A stretch of DNA of 24,900 nt from a virus (Duplodnaviria; Caudoviricetes). The stretch lies in the IMG/VR virus record IMGVR_UViG_3300042363_000005, positions 1 to 24,900 of that record. One strand, given 5' to 3'. Shown here piece after piece: positions 7,309 to 15,207 of this stretch (within the stretch, counting starts at the first letter, position 1; each line of letters begins with the position of its first letter). Both the position numbers and the translations under genes were made by a program. The notes under the pieces were generated by a model. It did not search any database. It was not told the origin of the DNA and was given only the letters and a program-made list of their open reading frames with translations.

Positions 7309-7874
7309 TATAAGATAAGGATGCTGTTATTGTATCCGTTCTCAAGGAAGTTGCCACACATACCTGTACAGGTAGTTTGATATTGATTGATGCATGAGCA
7401 GTGATTGAACATAGGCCGTAGGTCAGTGTCCATGTTAGTGGTACTGATAAAGATAGGGAACAGGTTGCGGTTAGCTAGGAGCCATCTAATAAGACGTTGC
7501 TCAAAGAATGAAGCTTTCTGTGCATAGTGCTCCATGCCAAATGCTACCTCTGAACGAGATACGCTTGCAGAATAATCTCCGTTTTGAGTCTGAAGTCCTT
7601 TGTTTTTTAGCTGATACGTCAACCCAAATACAGCATCTTCTGCACTCCTCCATGCAATGACAGGCTGAATGAACTCAACTAGATCTATTTCATCTGGTGT
7701 AAGCGTTTGATTGTTGTAAGCTGTCAACATGTGATTGTAGAACGTGGTGCCCAGGATAGGCTGTATCCTTAGTGCTGATTGTGTAGCTATGTATGGGGTT
7801 ACATCAGTCACATCCACATTGGCTGTAATGGGTGTGTTTGTTTTTAGGTAGGTTTCGGTAATGAAATACAACAT
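7308..7874 (-). CDS. Head-tail adaptor/connector-like protein
   Basis: Follows the portal; helical protein with IQPILGTTFY and GLQTQNGD patterns typical of Bacteroidota phage adaptors. Confidence 0.6.
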   Translation of the reverse strand: MLYFITETYLKTNTPITANVDVTDVTPYIATQSALRIQPILGTTFYNHMLTAYNNQTLTPDEIDLVEFIQPVIAWRSAEDAVFGLTYQLKNKGLQTQNGDYSASVSRSEVAFGMEHYAQKASFFEQRLIRWLLANRNLFPIFISTTNMDTDLRPMFNHCSCINQYQTTCTGMCGNFLENGYNNSILIL

Positions 7875-9202
7875 TATACAACAGGTGTTTGTGCTGCTGC
7901 ATTGGCAGCCGCTTGTGTAACATCTCCACCCTCTACAGGAGCAAGTGAAGCAAGTGCTCTAATCTCGTTTATGGTCATGGTCTCAAGTACTTTGGTAGCT
8001 ACCAATGGACTCAATGTGTTCAATGCATCATTAGTCTTAGAGCTCTCACCCTCAAGCTCCACAATGGTCTCGTTAATGATCTGAAAGTTATTGATTGTAA
8101 ACTCCGCAGGGATGCGGGCAATAGTCAAGAGCTCTTGAAAGATAGTTGTGACTTGTTGACGTAGCTCCATCACTACATTCTTTTCAAAGATAACATAAGC
8201 CTGCTTGATATCGGACCCATTGCCTAGTGCTCCTGTGGTACGGATACCCATGAGGATAGGGTCAATGGTATGGCTAAAACATATCTGCTCAGTATTCAAT
8301 GCAGATGCCTCATGGAATAGCTTGTCATTGGCATTAGTTGGTAGGCTTTCAATCTTTGGAAGTTGGTCCGCTGAGTTAGCAAAGAATGCCACAGCTTTAC
8401 CTGCATTGGCTGCCCCCTTGAGGCGGTCAATAGTTTCCTTAATCATGTGTTTTTCCTCCTCAGACTGTGGTCTTTTAGGGAACATCATAGCAAAGGATGG
8501 GAACACACTATTTTGAATGTTACTTTTTGCAAAGTACGACAGTTCGCCCGAGAGAAACGCAAAATTAAGTGCCGATGTATAGGTAGGTAGTGGATAGTAG
8601 TCCTGCCCAACTGACTTAACCTCGTAGCAATATAGCTGAATTTCATCCGTACAGGTGATGTGATAAGGCTTAATAACCTCCGTATCTATCCTGGTGCTCC
8701 AATCATCAGACAAATAGTAGTATCTTTTGCATGGTGATACCCTTACTTTCTCAGGTGATACGTTCTCAATCTTAATGAGCTTTCTTTTTTCACCAAAATA
8801 CAGCTTGAAATATACTCTATTGTGGATGATTAACTGCTTTGTAACAGCCTTAACAGTGTGTTTTAAGTTAGCTTTCTTTTCAAAGCTATACATCTCTAGT
8901 TTTTCCTGTGGTGTAAGCTTGTCAGTGGTAAGGTTAAACCCTCCACCAATCACAGCGTTGGTCTTAAAGTCCACAATGGCTCCGTGTAGGGGTGAGCTGT
9001 AGTACATTTGATTGAGCATTTCAGGATAAAGGTTGCCCTCCCCAAATCTCACCCATGACTCCTGAACGTATCTACCATTGATGTATGGAAGTGTCAAGTT
9101 ACCTCTCCCTACCGGTAGGAATGGGGTGCTAAATGATTGATAGCCCTCTACCATTTCGGGGCCTTTTGGTTTGCTGTTAAATAGTCTTTCGTACCAAGCC
9201 AT
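7874..9202 (-). CDS. Portal protein
   Basis: 442 aa; FGEGNLYP...SSPLHGAI, YYPLPTY, GAANAGK, HTIDPILMGI motifs typical of Bacteroidota phage portals. Confidence 0.85.
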   Translation of the reverse strand: MAWYERLFNSKPKGPEMVEGYQSFSTPFLPVGRGNLTLPYINGRYVQESWVRFGEGNLYPEMLNQMYYSSPLHGAIVDFKTNAVIGGGFNLTTDKLTPQEKLEMYSFEKKANLKHTVKAVTKQLIIHNRVYFKLYFGEKRKLIKIENVSPEKVRVSPCKRYYYLSDDWSTRIDTEVIKPYHITCTDEIQLYCYEVKSVGQDYYPLPTYTSALNFAFLSGELSYFAKSNIQNSVFPSFAMMFPKRPQSEEEKHMIKETIDRLKGAANAGKAVAFFANSADQLPKIESLPTNANDKLFHEASALNTEQICFSHTIDPILMGIRTTGALGNGSDIKQAYVIFEKNVVMELRQQVTTIFQELLTIARIPAEFTINNFQIINETIVELEGESSKTNDALNTLSPLVATKVLETMTINEIRALASLAPVEGGDVTQAAANAAAQTPVV

Positions 9203-9204
9203 AG

Positions 9205-9555
9205 TTAGTCATATATTGATGTACCTGCAGGACCACTCACTACAAGCCTACCCTCTTCAATAACTACTCCTGTAGTTTGTGCTATTGTCAAAGGCAAAAC
9301 AAATGCAGTTGAGCTCTCATATACCTGGTATGTGTACTGACCTTTCAAGAGTGTTATATCTGTAGGCTCATCAAGAGTAAACAGATTGTATCTTTCAGGG
9401 TAAGCACTTGTATCAGCAGATGTGAAGAGCTGTGGTGTGCTTGTGGTATTCATTTCATTGGTGAACACAAATAAGTAGTGTGGTGTTGTAACCGTAGTGA
9501 CCTCTGAGAGGGTCAATACAAACTGATTAATAACACCTTGATCTAAGTATATCAC
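9205..9555 (-). CDS. Beta-rich virion-associated protein (GTG start)
   Basis: 116 aa; ERYNLF and GQYTYQVYE motifs; first gene of the portal module. Confidence 0.7.
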   Translation of the reverse strand: MIYLDQGVINQFVLTLSEVTTVTTPHYLFVFTNEMNTTSTPQLFTSADTSAYPERYNLFTLDEPTDITLLKGQYTYQVYESSTAFVLPLTIAQTTGVVIEEGRLVVSGPAGTSIYD

Positions 9556-9585
9556 ACCTATATTAATTTAGGTTTGTCAAATGTT
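9556..9585 (-). promoter_or_regulatory. Putative phage late promoter, copy 1
   Basis: AACA-N16-TAATATAGGT immediately followed by the GTG start. Confidence 0.75.
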
Positions 9586-9588
9586 CAT

Positions 9589-9617
9589 AAAAAAAGCCCC
9601 ACCATGTGGCAGGGCTC
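9589..9617 (-). terminator. Intrinsic terminator after the tail tube gene
   Basis: AGCCCTGCC-ACAT-GGTGGGGCT hairpin followed by a T-run. Confidence 0.85.
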
Positions 9618-9637
9618 TAATATAGAGAGGCAGGATT

Positions 9638-10174
9638 TTATACGATAATACCAATTGCAGCAAGTGCAGTAGGGTCAACCTCGTATGCTAGGTACTCATT
9701 CTCAGCTACCAAAGTAACAGAGTATTTAGAACCATCAGCACGAGCTGTTCCTGAACCCTCACCTGTAGCAGATACCTGTAAGTATGGGAAGTACCAAAAC
9801 TTACCATTAGCATCCAATACTACTGCAGCTAGGTATTGCTGTCCTGAACCTAAGATTTTAATAGCACGAGACTTGTCAGCCTCTCTGCGGTGGAACATTA
9901 GGTTAATAGTTTGAGTCACAAAAGAGCTACCATTGACCAAGTCAATAGTGCTATCCTCAGTGAAGTTAGAAGTGTTGCGTTTAATGTAGTAGTTTTCAAA
10001 CAATACAGGAGTAGTCTGAAGAGTGATAGCTGTGATAGTCCAACCTGTACCCGCTGATGGGTCTGTTGGAGTAATAGAAGCTATCTCATCTTGTTGGTTA
10101 ATCCAAATACCGTAAATACCACCACTGTTATTGTCGCATGATTTTAAGATGGCTTCAAGAGCTTGACAAGACAT
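9638..10174 (-). CDS. Probable major tail (tube) protein
   Basis: 178 aa, beta-rich; N-terminal C...SGGI and VVLDANGKFW...GSGTARADGSKYSVTL patterns; follows the MCP. Confidence 0.6.
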   Translation of the reverse strand: MSCQALEAILKSCDNNSGGIYGIWINQQDEIASITPTDPSAGTGWTITAITLQTTPVLFENYYIKRNTSNFTEDSTIDLVNGSSFVTQTINLMFHRREADKSRAIKILGSGQQYLAAVVLDANGKFWYFPYLQVSATGEGSGTARADGSKYSVTLVAENEYLAYEVDPTALAAIGIIV

Positions 10175-10185
10175 AGGTTAAAAGT

Positions 10186-10213
10186 ATTAAAGAGCCCCCT
10201 TGGTAGAGGGCTC
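10186..10213 (-). terminator. Hairpin after the capsid gene (weak terminator or mRNA stabiliser)
   Basis: GAGCCCTCT-ACCA-AGGGGGCTC followed by an interrupted T tract (TTTAATACTTTT). Confidence 0.65.
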
Positions 10214-10224
10214 GTGATTAATTA

Positions 10225-11145
10225 TTAAGAATAGAATACGATCTCCGCAGGGTTAACAAAGTTAAAACCAACTTTCATGTTAGCACGTGTACGGATGTAA
10301 GGCTCAGCTACAGTGTCAGCTAAGTTAACAGCACGTAGGTCAGAAGAGTCACCCTCAGCATCAAATGCATAGATAAGGTTATCTTTCAAAGTCCATACAA
10401 AAGTGTTGTTAGACATACCTGGACAAACTACGATTTTGATACCTAAGAAAGTCAAAGACAAATCCTGAGTGATGTATGCTTGAGTGTTACCTGCAGCAAC
10501 TCCTAAACGGTAGATGTTAACCAATTGAGTAGGCATGTACAATCTTAAGTCAGCTGTACGAGTAGCAATAGTTGCAGGAAGTAAAGCAAATGCAGCAGAC
10601 AATGCAGCCTCAAGAGCTGTAAAGTTAGCAATAGCACCTGTACCACCATTGATAACACCTGAACCTGGAGCACCTAACAACTTCTCATAACCATCACACA
10701 AAGCAAGTGTAGGGTTTAATGAAGCTGTGTCACCTTGCCAACGGATTGACTCGATGTCACCATTGATTTTGTTAGCCATCTCACCCCAATAGAAAGACAT
10801 GAAAGATGGAACAGAGAAATCTCCGTTAGATCCTTTGCTCATTTGAAGAGATAAGAAAGATTGCTCTAAGTCAAACTGACAAATCTGAGCCATTGCAGAC
10901 AATGCACAAACGTCAATCTCTTTCGCATCTAAGTCATCATTAGGAGCTGAGAAAGAACAGCTAGATGGTTGTAAGATGTTACCGAAAGTAACAGTTGCTA
11001 ATTTAGTTTTGTACTTGATACCTGGCAAAGCTCGGTAGTTATCAGCAGTATCCTCAGACAAATATGCCTTAGAATAGAATGCCTCAGGGTTTGCAGCCAA
11101 TAAGGCTGTTGGGTCGATTTGCAAATCGAATTTTAATTTACGCAT
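10225..11145 (-). CDS. Major capsid protein
   Basis: 306 aa directly after the protease/scaffold; WQGDT...LCDG and FLGIKIVVCPGMS...NL motifs typical of this phage group; followed by a hairpin. Confidence 0.8.
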   Translation of the reverse strand: MRKLKFDLQIDPTALLAANPEAFYSKAYLSEDTADNYRALPGIKYKTKLATVTFGNILQPSSCSFSAPNDDLDAKEIDVCALSAMAQICQFDLEQSFLSLQMSKGSNGDFSVPSFMSFYWGEMANKINGDIESIRWQGDTASLNPTLALCDGYEKLLGAPGSGVINGGTGAIANFTALEAALSAAFALLPATIATRTADLRLYMPTQLVNIYRLGVAAGNTQAYITQDLSLTFLGIKIVVCPGMSNNTFVWTLKDNLIYAFDAEGDSSDLRAVNLADTVAEPYIRTRANMKVGFNFVNPAEIVFYS

Positions 11146-11147
11146 GA

Positions 11148-12101
11148 TTATTTGTTTATGAATTTGTTTACACTAGAAAATCTTTGCTGTGCACTCATGG
11201 CCACAGCCTCACTCACCACCTCATCCTCTACCTCTGCAGATAGGATCTCTTCAACTTGGTTTCTCAAATCTGCAATCATAGCCACTACTGCATTCATGTG
11301 CTCATCCATTGCAGGCTTAACGATAGCAAGGATAGCCTCTGCATCAAGCACAGGGTCAACTGCCATTGTCTCTTCTTGTACTGTCTCTTCTTCGACAACA
11401 GTATCTTCTAGGGCTACTTCCTCGGAAGCCTCTACTTTTTCAACCTCACGTATCTCAATAATCTCTCCATCTTTTACAACGTAGATTTTATCCTCGATAG
11501 TGTGTTCTCCATCAGGTAACTTGTTCATGTTTATATTATTTGTTTGTTGCTCTTTTAACTTCATGCCAAGGTACCCCTCAATAGAGAAGCCTATCTGCTC
11601 TTGTGATACTAGCTCAGCGTAGTATTCCTTATCAGTTACCTGGGCCGTCACCATCAATGTGCCCTCCGGTACTTCAATACCAAATGATGAATAAGCCTTG
11701 TCCTCCATTGGAGTATCTACTATCCATGCCTCAAGGACATAAGCAGGTACAGTCTTAGATTGGTCATGCTCAAGATTAAACAAATCTCGGTTAACCATCT
11801 GCTGCATGAATTTACCATGTATCTTCTCAATCTCCTCCTTAGTAAACTTGACATTGTACTCCTCTTTGCTATCCTCATCAAAGCGGTAAATTTCCATAGG
11901 TATCAAAGCAGGTGCAGTGATACGGTACTTTAATTCATCTGAGAAAAACAAAGGCTTAGCCTGTGAGCTGAATGCCATCCCCTTAACTTTGATTGCAGGA
12001 GTAGCTGTGAAAGCTATCTGCTCAATGCCAAGGTCCTGACCATCTTCTGCATACTCAGGGTCAATGGTTATCTTGTAGGTAGGAATGTTTTTAGAAGCCA
12101 T
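11148..12101 (-). CDS. Prohead serine protease (XkdF / S78-like) fused to an acidic scaffold
   Basis: APALIP, FNLEHD, PEGT and GFSIEG motifs, then an acidic helical C-terminus starting MNKLPDGEH. Confidence 0.85.
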   Translation of the reverse strand: MASKNIPTYKITIDPEYAEDGQDLGIEQIAFTATPAIKVKGMAFSSQAKPLFFSDELKYRITAPALIPMEIYRFDEDSKEEYNVKFTKEEIEKIHGKFMQQMVNRDLFNLEHDQSKTVPAYVLEAWIVDTPMEDKAYSSFGIEVPEGTLMVTAQVTDKEYYAELVSQEQIGFSIEGYLGMKLKEQQTNNINMNKLPDGEHTIEDKIYVVKDGEIIEIREVEKVEASEEVALEDTVVEEETVQEETMAVDPVLDAEAILAIVKPAMDEHMNAVVAMIADLRNQVEEILSAEVEDEVVSEAVAMSAQQRFSSVNKFINK

Positions 12102-12103
12102 AC

Positions 12104-12132
12104 ACCTATATTAAAAAAACTCTATATTTGTT
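12104..12132 (-). promoter_or_regulatory. Putative phage late promoter, copy 2
   Basis: AACA-N15-TAATATAGGT-GT-ATG. Confidence 0.75.
12123..12130 (+). promoter_or_regulatory. Host-type -7 element for the plus-strand gene pair
   Basis: TATATTTG 15 nt upstream of ATG 12146; no clear -33 TTG. Confidence 0.5.
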
Positions 12133-12145
12133 CAAAAATTAGAAC

Positions 12146-12694
12146 ATGATAACTATCTTAAATAGGGAGATCCCTAACCAAGTAGATGAGCTCAGCATTG
12201 AGCAATTTGAAGCCATCACTGATATTAACAATGATCCTAACCTTGACCCCATTGATAAGCACCTCAAGGTGTTCGCTTACCTTGGGATACCTGAGTCTGA
12301 GTTCTGGGATTATGATGTGGCTGACTTCATTGATATTGTTAAAAACTTTAACACAATGGAGCAGAAAGATTTTCCTGTAGTGGAAGAGCTTGAGCTTGAG
12401 GGGTACCTATACAAGGCACAAATGAGGTTAACTGTACGTGACACCAAGATGATTGAGAAGATTGCACTGCACAAAGAGAAAGGATATATCTCTGAAATGT
12501 TAGCGGTGATGTTCAAACGGGAGGACCTTACACCCACTGAGCACTATGCAGATGCTCACATCAAGCAGAAATCTAGACTTATCAGAAAGATTAACGCATC
12601 AATAGCTCTACCTTATCTCATGTTTATTGCAGAGAAAATTGCTAAACAAGTAAAGAATGCACCTACCCAATCAGTGGAGCCAAGTAACGCTTGA
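12146..12694 (+). CDS. Hypothetical protein, tail assembly chaperone-like
   Basis: IPNQVDELSIEQF N-terminus; long ORF with no competing minus-strand gene. Confidence 0.6.
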   Translation: MITILNREIPNQVDELSIEQFEAITDINNDPNLDPIDKHLKVFAYLGIPESEFWDYDVADFIDIVKNFNTMEQKDFPVVEELELEGYLYKAQMRLTVRDTKMIEKIALHKEKGYISEMLAVMFKREDLTPTEHYADAHIKQKSRLIRKINASIALPYLMFIAEKIAKQVKNAPTQSVEPSNA

Positions 12695-13394
12695 GCAATA
12701 CATTGAATTCAGTAAGATAGACAAATCACAGGGAGCCTACTACTACAATAGTGAGGCTCTCTCTATCTTGTTAGATGAGCCCATTGAAATCATTGAGGAC
12801 ATGGATGTGGATGAGATGAGTGAGCTTGTCAAAGCCAATCAATGGTGTGCCTCTGAACCATCTAAGAGATACAAGCATGAGGTGCTTGGGATGAAGTTCA
12901 AACCATTCAACAAGCTTACCCTCTATGAGTTCATTGACCTGGACTACTACTTTACTGATAACTACATCACTAATCTTGATAAGGTATGTGCTATCTGCTA
13001 CCGGCAAAGCAAGGTTAATGAATGGGGTGATGAGGTCCTTGAGCCGTATGAGTTTGACTGCACCATTAGAGCTGAGCGGTTCCTTGACCTACCCATCACA
13101 GATGTGTATGGCATTGTGCATGAGTTCCTCAAGTACAGGGATACATTCCTTAAGAACTATGAAAATCTATTCACAGGTGAAGTGGATGAGAACCTCAGTG
13201 AGGAGGAACGCAGGGAGCTAGATCCTGAAGAGGTCAAAGAGATAGAGCAGGAGCAGAAGCTTGCTAAGTGGTCATGGGAACAAACCATCTACGGCCTTAC
13301 CAATGGGGATATAACAAAGAGTGAAAAGGTAGGAGCACTACCTCTCATCTATGTGTTCAATATCCTGTCAATGAAAAAAGAGTTAGACATCTAA
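12657..13394 (+). CDS. Hypothetical protein, tail assembly chaperone-like; apparent paralogue of the preceding gene
   Basis: LPNQWSQVTLEQY, KLTLYEFIDLDYY and C-terminal KWSW...IYGLTNGDITK motifs. Confidence 0.6.
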   Translation: MHLPNQWSQVTLEQYIEFSKIDKSQGAYYYNSEALSILLDEPIEIIEDMDVDEMSELVKANQWCASEPSKRYKHEVLGMKFKPFNKLTLYEFIDLDYYFTDNYITNLDKVCAICYRQSKVNEWGDEVLEPYEFDCTIRAERFLDLPITDVYGIVHEFLKYRDTFLKNYENLFTGEVDENLSEEERRELDPEEVKEIEQEQKLAKWSWEQTIYGLTNGDITKSEKVGALPLIYVFNILSMKKELDI

Positions 13395-13835
13395 CGGGAA
13401 GCCAGGTGTAAATCCTGCAGGAGGGTCAACTGCCTCAAATGTGTACACAATTCTTTGCTGTCTTTCAAGCACCTCAACAGCTTCTATTAATGGATACTTT
13501 TTAGTTAACCATTCAGTGTACTGCCTGTATATATCTGCAGTGATACCTGCGTTGTTAAGCTCATCTGTAAACTGTGCCACATAGTCACGAGGGGTGATCA
13601 CTCCACCATTCCAAAGAAACGCACCATTGTTAAGAAAGATAAAGTAGTACATGGCTACTATCTGTATCTCCAATTTTTGGAAGCCTGTAATCTTAGCATT
13701 GATACGGATACTTTCTACAAGTGTACCCTCACCATCTACAATGTCATTCCTAAGTATTCTCTTGAGTATTGTAGCCATCTTTCTCCTAGTAGGATATAGC
13801 ACATTAAACTCCCCTGTGTTTGCGTATCTAGCCAT
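13383..13835 (-). CDS. Putative neck/tail-completion protein
   Basis: 150 aa; GTLVESI...YYFIFLNNG resembles HK97 gp10-like proteins. Confidence 0.5.
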   Translation of the reverse strand: MARYANTGEFNVLYPTRRKMATILKRILRNDIVDGEGTLVESIRINAKITGFQKLEIQIVAMYYFIFLNNGAFLWNGGVITPRDYVAQFTDELNNAGITADIYRQYTEWLTKKYPLIEAVEVLERQQRIVYTFEAVDPPAGFTPGFPLDV

Positions 13836-13977
13836 TGATTAATTCTTTATATATATCCATTGTATCATCTACTAGAATGGTACCCTTATCCGTTTCTACA
13901 TTTATCTGAGTATCACTAAGCACTTCAATGGGTCCTGTGATGGTGTACTCTATGTCGTTGTAATTAAATTTAATCAT
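13828..13977 (-). CDS. Small protein (49 aa, MIKFNYNDIEYTITGPIEVLSDTQ...), possible fibre chaperone
   Basis: Hand-translated; overlaps the fibre stop and the next start, filling the gap exactly. Confidence 0.65.
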   Translation of the reverse strand: MIKFNYNDIEYTITGPIEVLSDTQINVETDKGTILVDDTMDIYKELING

Positions 13978-14743
13978 ACTTTAGAACACTTAATTTTAAC
14001 GTCTTAGTTACATCTAGCGTTGTTGAGTTATATAATGCTACAAATAAATAATTATCCACTGCAGGATTAAAGGTTATTGCCGCTGTAGTTTGCGATGTAT
14101 AGTCGTGAAAATTAGCTGCACTTACAGGGATGGTATATAAAACTGATGTGCTATAATGGGGGTCACGCATGATGTGTGTAAAAGTGTTGTTTGATAAAGT
14201 AGGTGACTGCCCTATTTGTAGTGAACCTGTTATGGTATTGCTTGTATTAATACCTAAACGAGCTATACATGTACCCGTTCCTGATATCTTTCTGATTTTT
14301 GCTCTAATCATTAAATTTTGACCTTCCGATATTGTACCTGCAGGTATTAATACAGAACCCGAAATAGTACCTGTTGTAGTTCCGGATACAGTAGCTCCTA
14401 CTGAACTACCTATACTTGTTATTCCATTAATGCTAACATTACCACTACCTAGCAATGAGTTGCCATTCACTGTCTTTATGTTAGTGCCTGATACTAGAGT
14501 ATCCTGCTTAGCATTCAATGCAGTTTGCAAATCAGTCTGAGCTGATAGCGTTCCTGTGATACCTCCCCAGGATGCACTACCCCCACCACCTGATGCTGCA
14601 ATAATCTGTGCCCCGGTAATAGCTGTGTTGACAGGTACACCACCAACAATAGAGGTGCACTCTATTAAGTCAGTAGGCTGTAGGTCACCGGTATGTGCAG
14701 GCAGGTTAGGTCTCCAATCCCCCCACCAATTAGTTGTGCTCAT
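13970..14743 (-). CDS. Short tail fibre / receptor-binding protein
   Basis: G/S/T-rich; WGGITGTLSAQTDLQTALNAKQDTLVSGTNIKTVNGNSLLGSG fibre motifs, then a beta-rich C-terminal domain. Confidence 0.7.
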   Translation of the reverse strand: MSTTNWWGDWRPNLPAHTGDLQPTDLIECTSIVGGVPVNTAITGAQIIAASGGGGSASWGGITGTLSAQTDLQTALNAKQDTLVSGTNIKTVNGNSLLGSGNVSINGITSIGSSVGATVSGTTTGTISGSVLIPAGTISEGQNLMIRAKIRKISGTGTCIARLGINTSNTITGSLQIGQSPTLSNNTFTHIMRDPHYSTSVLYTIPVSAANFHDYTSQTTAAITFNPAVDNYLFVALYNSTTLDVTKTLKLSVLKYD

Positions 14744-14773
14744 ACCTATATTACTTTAAGCCTCCAAAATGTT
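14744..14773 (-). promoter_or_regulatory. Putative phage late promoter, copy 3
   Basis: AACA-N16-TAATATAGGT-ATG. Confidence 0.75.
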
Positions 14774-15207
14774 TAGAGTGGTACAGCACAATCAGTCCAA
14801 TCATTCACTGTCAGTGTGATGTTCATGACATAGCCTGCAGCGTAGTCAAGTAGATCATTGTTCAATGCCTGGAATGATGGTAGCCCTACCACGTCAAAGC
14901 TGTAGTCATTGCTATCCATGTAGTAAACATACAGGTCATTGAGTATCTGCTGTGTATCACTTAGGATAGTTATGATGTTAGCCCTATCTTTTTGGATGAT
15001 GTCAAAGCAGTAGATGTCAAAGTTAAACTCACTTGTGTTCTCAGTAGGGTTAACTGCTACAGGAACCACGAACACAATAGGATACTTCTCATCCTTGGTA
15101 GCAAAGTTAAACAGCTGTTCCTTGAAGTCACTGCCTACTTTCTTAACCTGCTTGTGGTTCGTATAGAACAGCTCAATGTGATTGATGATTGCTTGTAGTG
15201 AGTTCAT
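14773..15207 (-). CDS. Tail terminator-like protein
   Basis: 144 aa; YPIVFV, ILSDTQQILNDL, AGY and C-terminal CAVP patterns. Confidence 0.55.
   Translation of the reverse strand: MNSLQAIINHIELFYTNHKQVKKVGSDFKEQLFNFATKDEKYPIVFVVPVAVNPTENTSEFNFDIYCFDIIQKDRANIITILSDTQQILNDLYVYYMDSNDYSFDVVGLPSFQALNNDLLDYAAGYVMNITLTVNDWTDCAVPL

Noticed and set aside
12640-12694. Programmed -1 frameshift joining the two chaperone-like genes
   Set aside because: The second ORF is in the +1 frame, has its own ATG with a paralogous N-terminus, and no XXXYYYZ slippery heptamer is evident in the overlap.
14744-14753. AGGT before the late start codons as a Shine-Dalgarno site
   Set aside because: A spacing of 0-2 nt is too short, and the linked AACA box at fixed distance points to a promoter.
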